Shown here: positions 62,162-64,000 of the stretch, one piece after another
How positions within the stretch are numbered: the first letter of the stretch is position 1
Layout of the letters: every line of letters starts with the position of its first letter
NCBI GenBank assembly: GCA_002633005.1
Contig: NMRA01000038.1
Location: 829,329 to 893,328 of the forward strand
Source: Phoronis australis
Taxonomy: Eukaryota > Animalia > Phoronida
DNA length: 64,000 nt
Direction: 5' to 3'
Translations under genes and position numbers: made by a program
The notes under the pieces: generated by a model
What the model was told of the DNA's origin: nothing
Databases searched by the model: none
Seen by the model: the letters and a program-made list of their open reading frames with translations, nothing else

Positions 62162-63410
62162 ACAAGAGCAATGCGGAGCGTTGAAATGTGCTGATGAATA
62201 CATTGCAAATGGTGTGCTTTTAGAGTTACTTATTTGTATCATAAAAATGGCCATTAGATGGCGCAAAAACATATAATACAATCCAAAAACAGGAACATGC
62301 CATATTTCATAAAAGTCTGTCAAGGAACTTCAGAGAAACAAAGGAAAACAGAATAAAATGAAATTGTCACAAGTGGGCAGTGTCCGTTGGATATGCCTGA
62401 AAGTCGTCTGTTGTTATCTTCATATAAATACACTTACTAAATTTAGTAAAGATCCTGCAGTGGGTTTAGGAGATTCAACTATGGGAGCAAAACAAAACTA
62501 CAACCAGGAGGCGCCACAGTAGTCAGTCACCATCATCAAAGGTCGTCTTCACACTGAGAACATATATGTCAATTTTCAAATGATTTGATTGATACAGGGA
62601 GTGGACGCCAAAAACAAGATTTGAAAAAAGCAAAATTTGCCACCAGGTGGTGCAAAATACCTCGATTCCACCCAAAAACAGGAAGATAGCGTCATCACAC
62701 CAATAGATGCCTAAATTTAAAATTTTAAGGAAATCTGTTGAGGGCCTTTGAAGACACAGAGTTAAACGTAAAAAACTAAAATTCCCACTAGGGGGCACAG
62801 CAGTAGTCAGATCTGTCCAAAAGTCGTCGTCATCCGTAGTCAACATCACATAAATACACTTGTTAAATTAAGTAAAGATCCTGCGAACGGTTTAGGAGAT
62901 ACAGCCATAGGCGCAAAAAAACAAAACTGCCCCTAGGAGGCGCCACAGTAGTCGAAATCATCGAAAAATCATCGTCAACCGTCCTCTTCATAGTAAGCAC
63001 ATACACACCAATTTTCACAATCATCCTTTGAGCGGTTTGGTTGATAGAGGGGTGGACGCAAAAAACAGACTCAAAACCAGTAAAAATGGTCACTAGGTGG
63101 CGCAAACTATGTCGAATCCATCCGAAAACGGGAGGATAGCATCATCTCACTAATAGGTGCCTACATACCAAATTTCATGAAAATCCGTCAAGGACATTTG
63201 AAGACACAAAGCGTAAAAAACTAAAATTGCCACTAGGGGGCACACCGGTACTCGGATCCGTCCGAAAGTTCGCTCATGCCGTCCCATTCATGAATGGAAC
63301 ATACATGCCAAATTTCATGAACGTATGTCAAAGGGTTTTGGAGAGCAGTGGATGCTGGACGGAGATGACGGCATAATGCGTTCACATATAAATATGTGGG
63401 CGCATAATAA
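62162..63410 (-). mobile_element. Helentron/HINE family 1, copy B
   Basis: 3' end ACAAGAGCAATGCGGAGCGTTG at 62162, 5' end ATGCGTTCAC...GTGGGCGCATAATAA at 63410, same satellite. Confidence 0.8.
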
Positions 63411-63499
63411 TGTTGATTTAATTTCTGATTATGAGCGCCACTGACAACTGATAAGTAAACAGTTGTGCTTCTGGGCACAGTTGATAAAATAAGTCATAC

Positions 63500-63809
63500 C
63501 GTCTACTTGACGCGCTCGTAAAACAGCTATCCTGCCACACTCGTTCTGCCACTTTGTGCCTCAGCACGTGACCACTGTCGGTGTTGCCAAGATCTAAAAA
63601 CCCACTCGCGTAAGCAGCGTTTGGCACGACTTTGATACTCGTCTCCCCTGAGACGTGGGCATCACCAGGAGACGTGGGCGGGGTCAGTGGAATTGGCTGC
63701 ATGCTGAGACCGGGGGTACTGCCATTGTTGGTGCCAAGGCCAGATGATGGTGGACGATCGCTGTCGGAGACCAGCACGAAACAGCTGGGGTAGCGCATCT
63801 TCATACCAG
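63500..63809 (-). CDS. MED13: Internal exon of Mediator kinase-module subunit MED13/MED13L (skuld-like)
   Basis: tttcag|AGMKMRYPSCFVLV...PLTPPTSPGD...LRHKVAERVWQD...|gtatga. Matches the recalled MED13 motifs GVRMIYPACFVLV and the LTPPTSP phosphodegron. Confidence 0.85.
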
Positions 63810-64000
63810 CTGAAACAAAGCAATTGTGACCAGTGTTTGTCTGTTCAAGCACTTGCTTTTCGCAGACACACCCAAGGCAACAGATTAAGGACGTATAAGC
63901 CAGTTTTGAGCACCACCTCACAAAATTCCGCATATGCTAATGAGAGCACACTTTTAATTTTCAAACAAATAACCCATAAAGTAAACAGTAATGTCAATGA

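Noticed and set aside
60448-63478. Several similar short ORFs in the satellite region
   Set aside because: Chance translations of the non-coding repeat units, with no Rep/helicase motifs

Overview
AT-rich eukaryotic (invertebrate-type) genomic DNA with single-N scaffold joins at 4717, 6518, 41425, 47018 and 57613. The left 46 kb holds one complete + strand MICAL (F-actin monooxygenase) gene. I reconstructed it by hand into 27 phase-compatible coding exons (6978 nt, about 2325 aa): FAD monooxygenase, CH, LIM, a long disordered linker with a 2746-nt exon, and a bMERB coiled coil. It has one GC-AG intron, and its first coding exon appears twice, probably as an uncollapsed allele. Its introns carry Helentron/HINE-like elements, MITEs and minisatellites. 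The 47-63.4 kb region is a stack of decayed transposons: Gypsy integrase, an unassigned DDE/D transposase, two Polinton-type polB C-terminal fragments, piggyBac, a Mutator-like element, a hAT end, and tandem Helentron-like elements whose internal satellite repeats a CTCF-like motif about every 144 bp. At the far right, on the - strand, lies a single MED13 exon containing the LTPPTSP degron. I found no downstream MED13 exon in the window. All family calls come from motif recognition by eye, without database searches.
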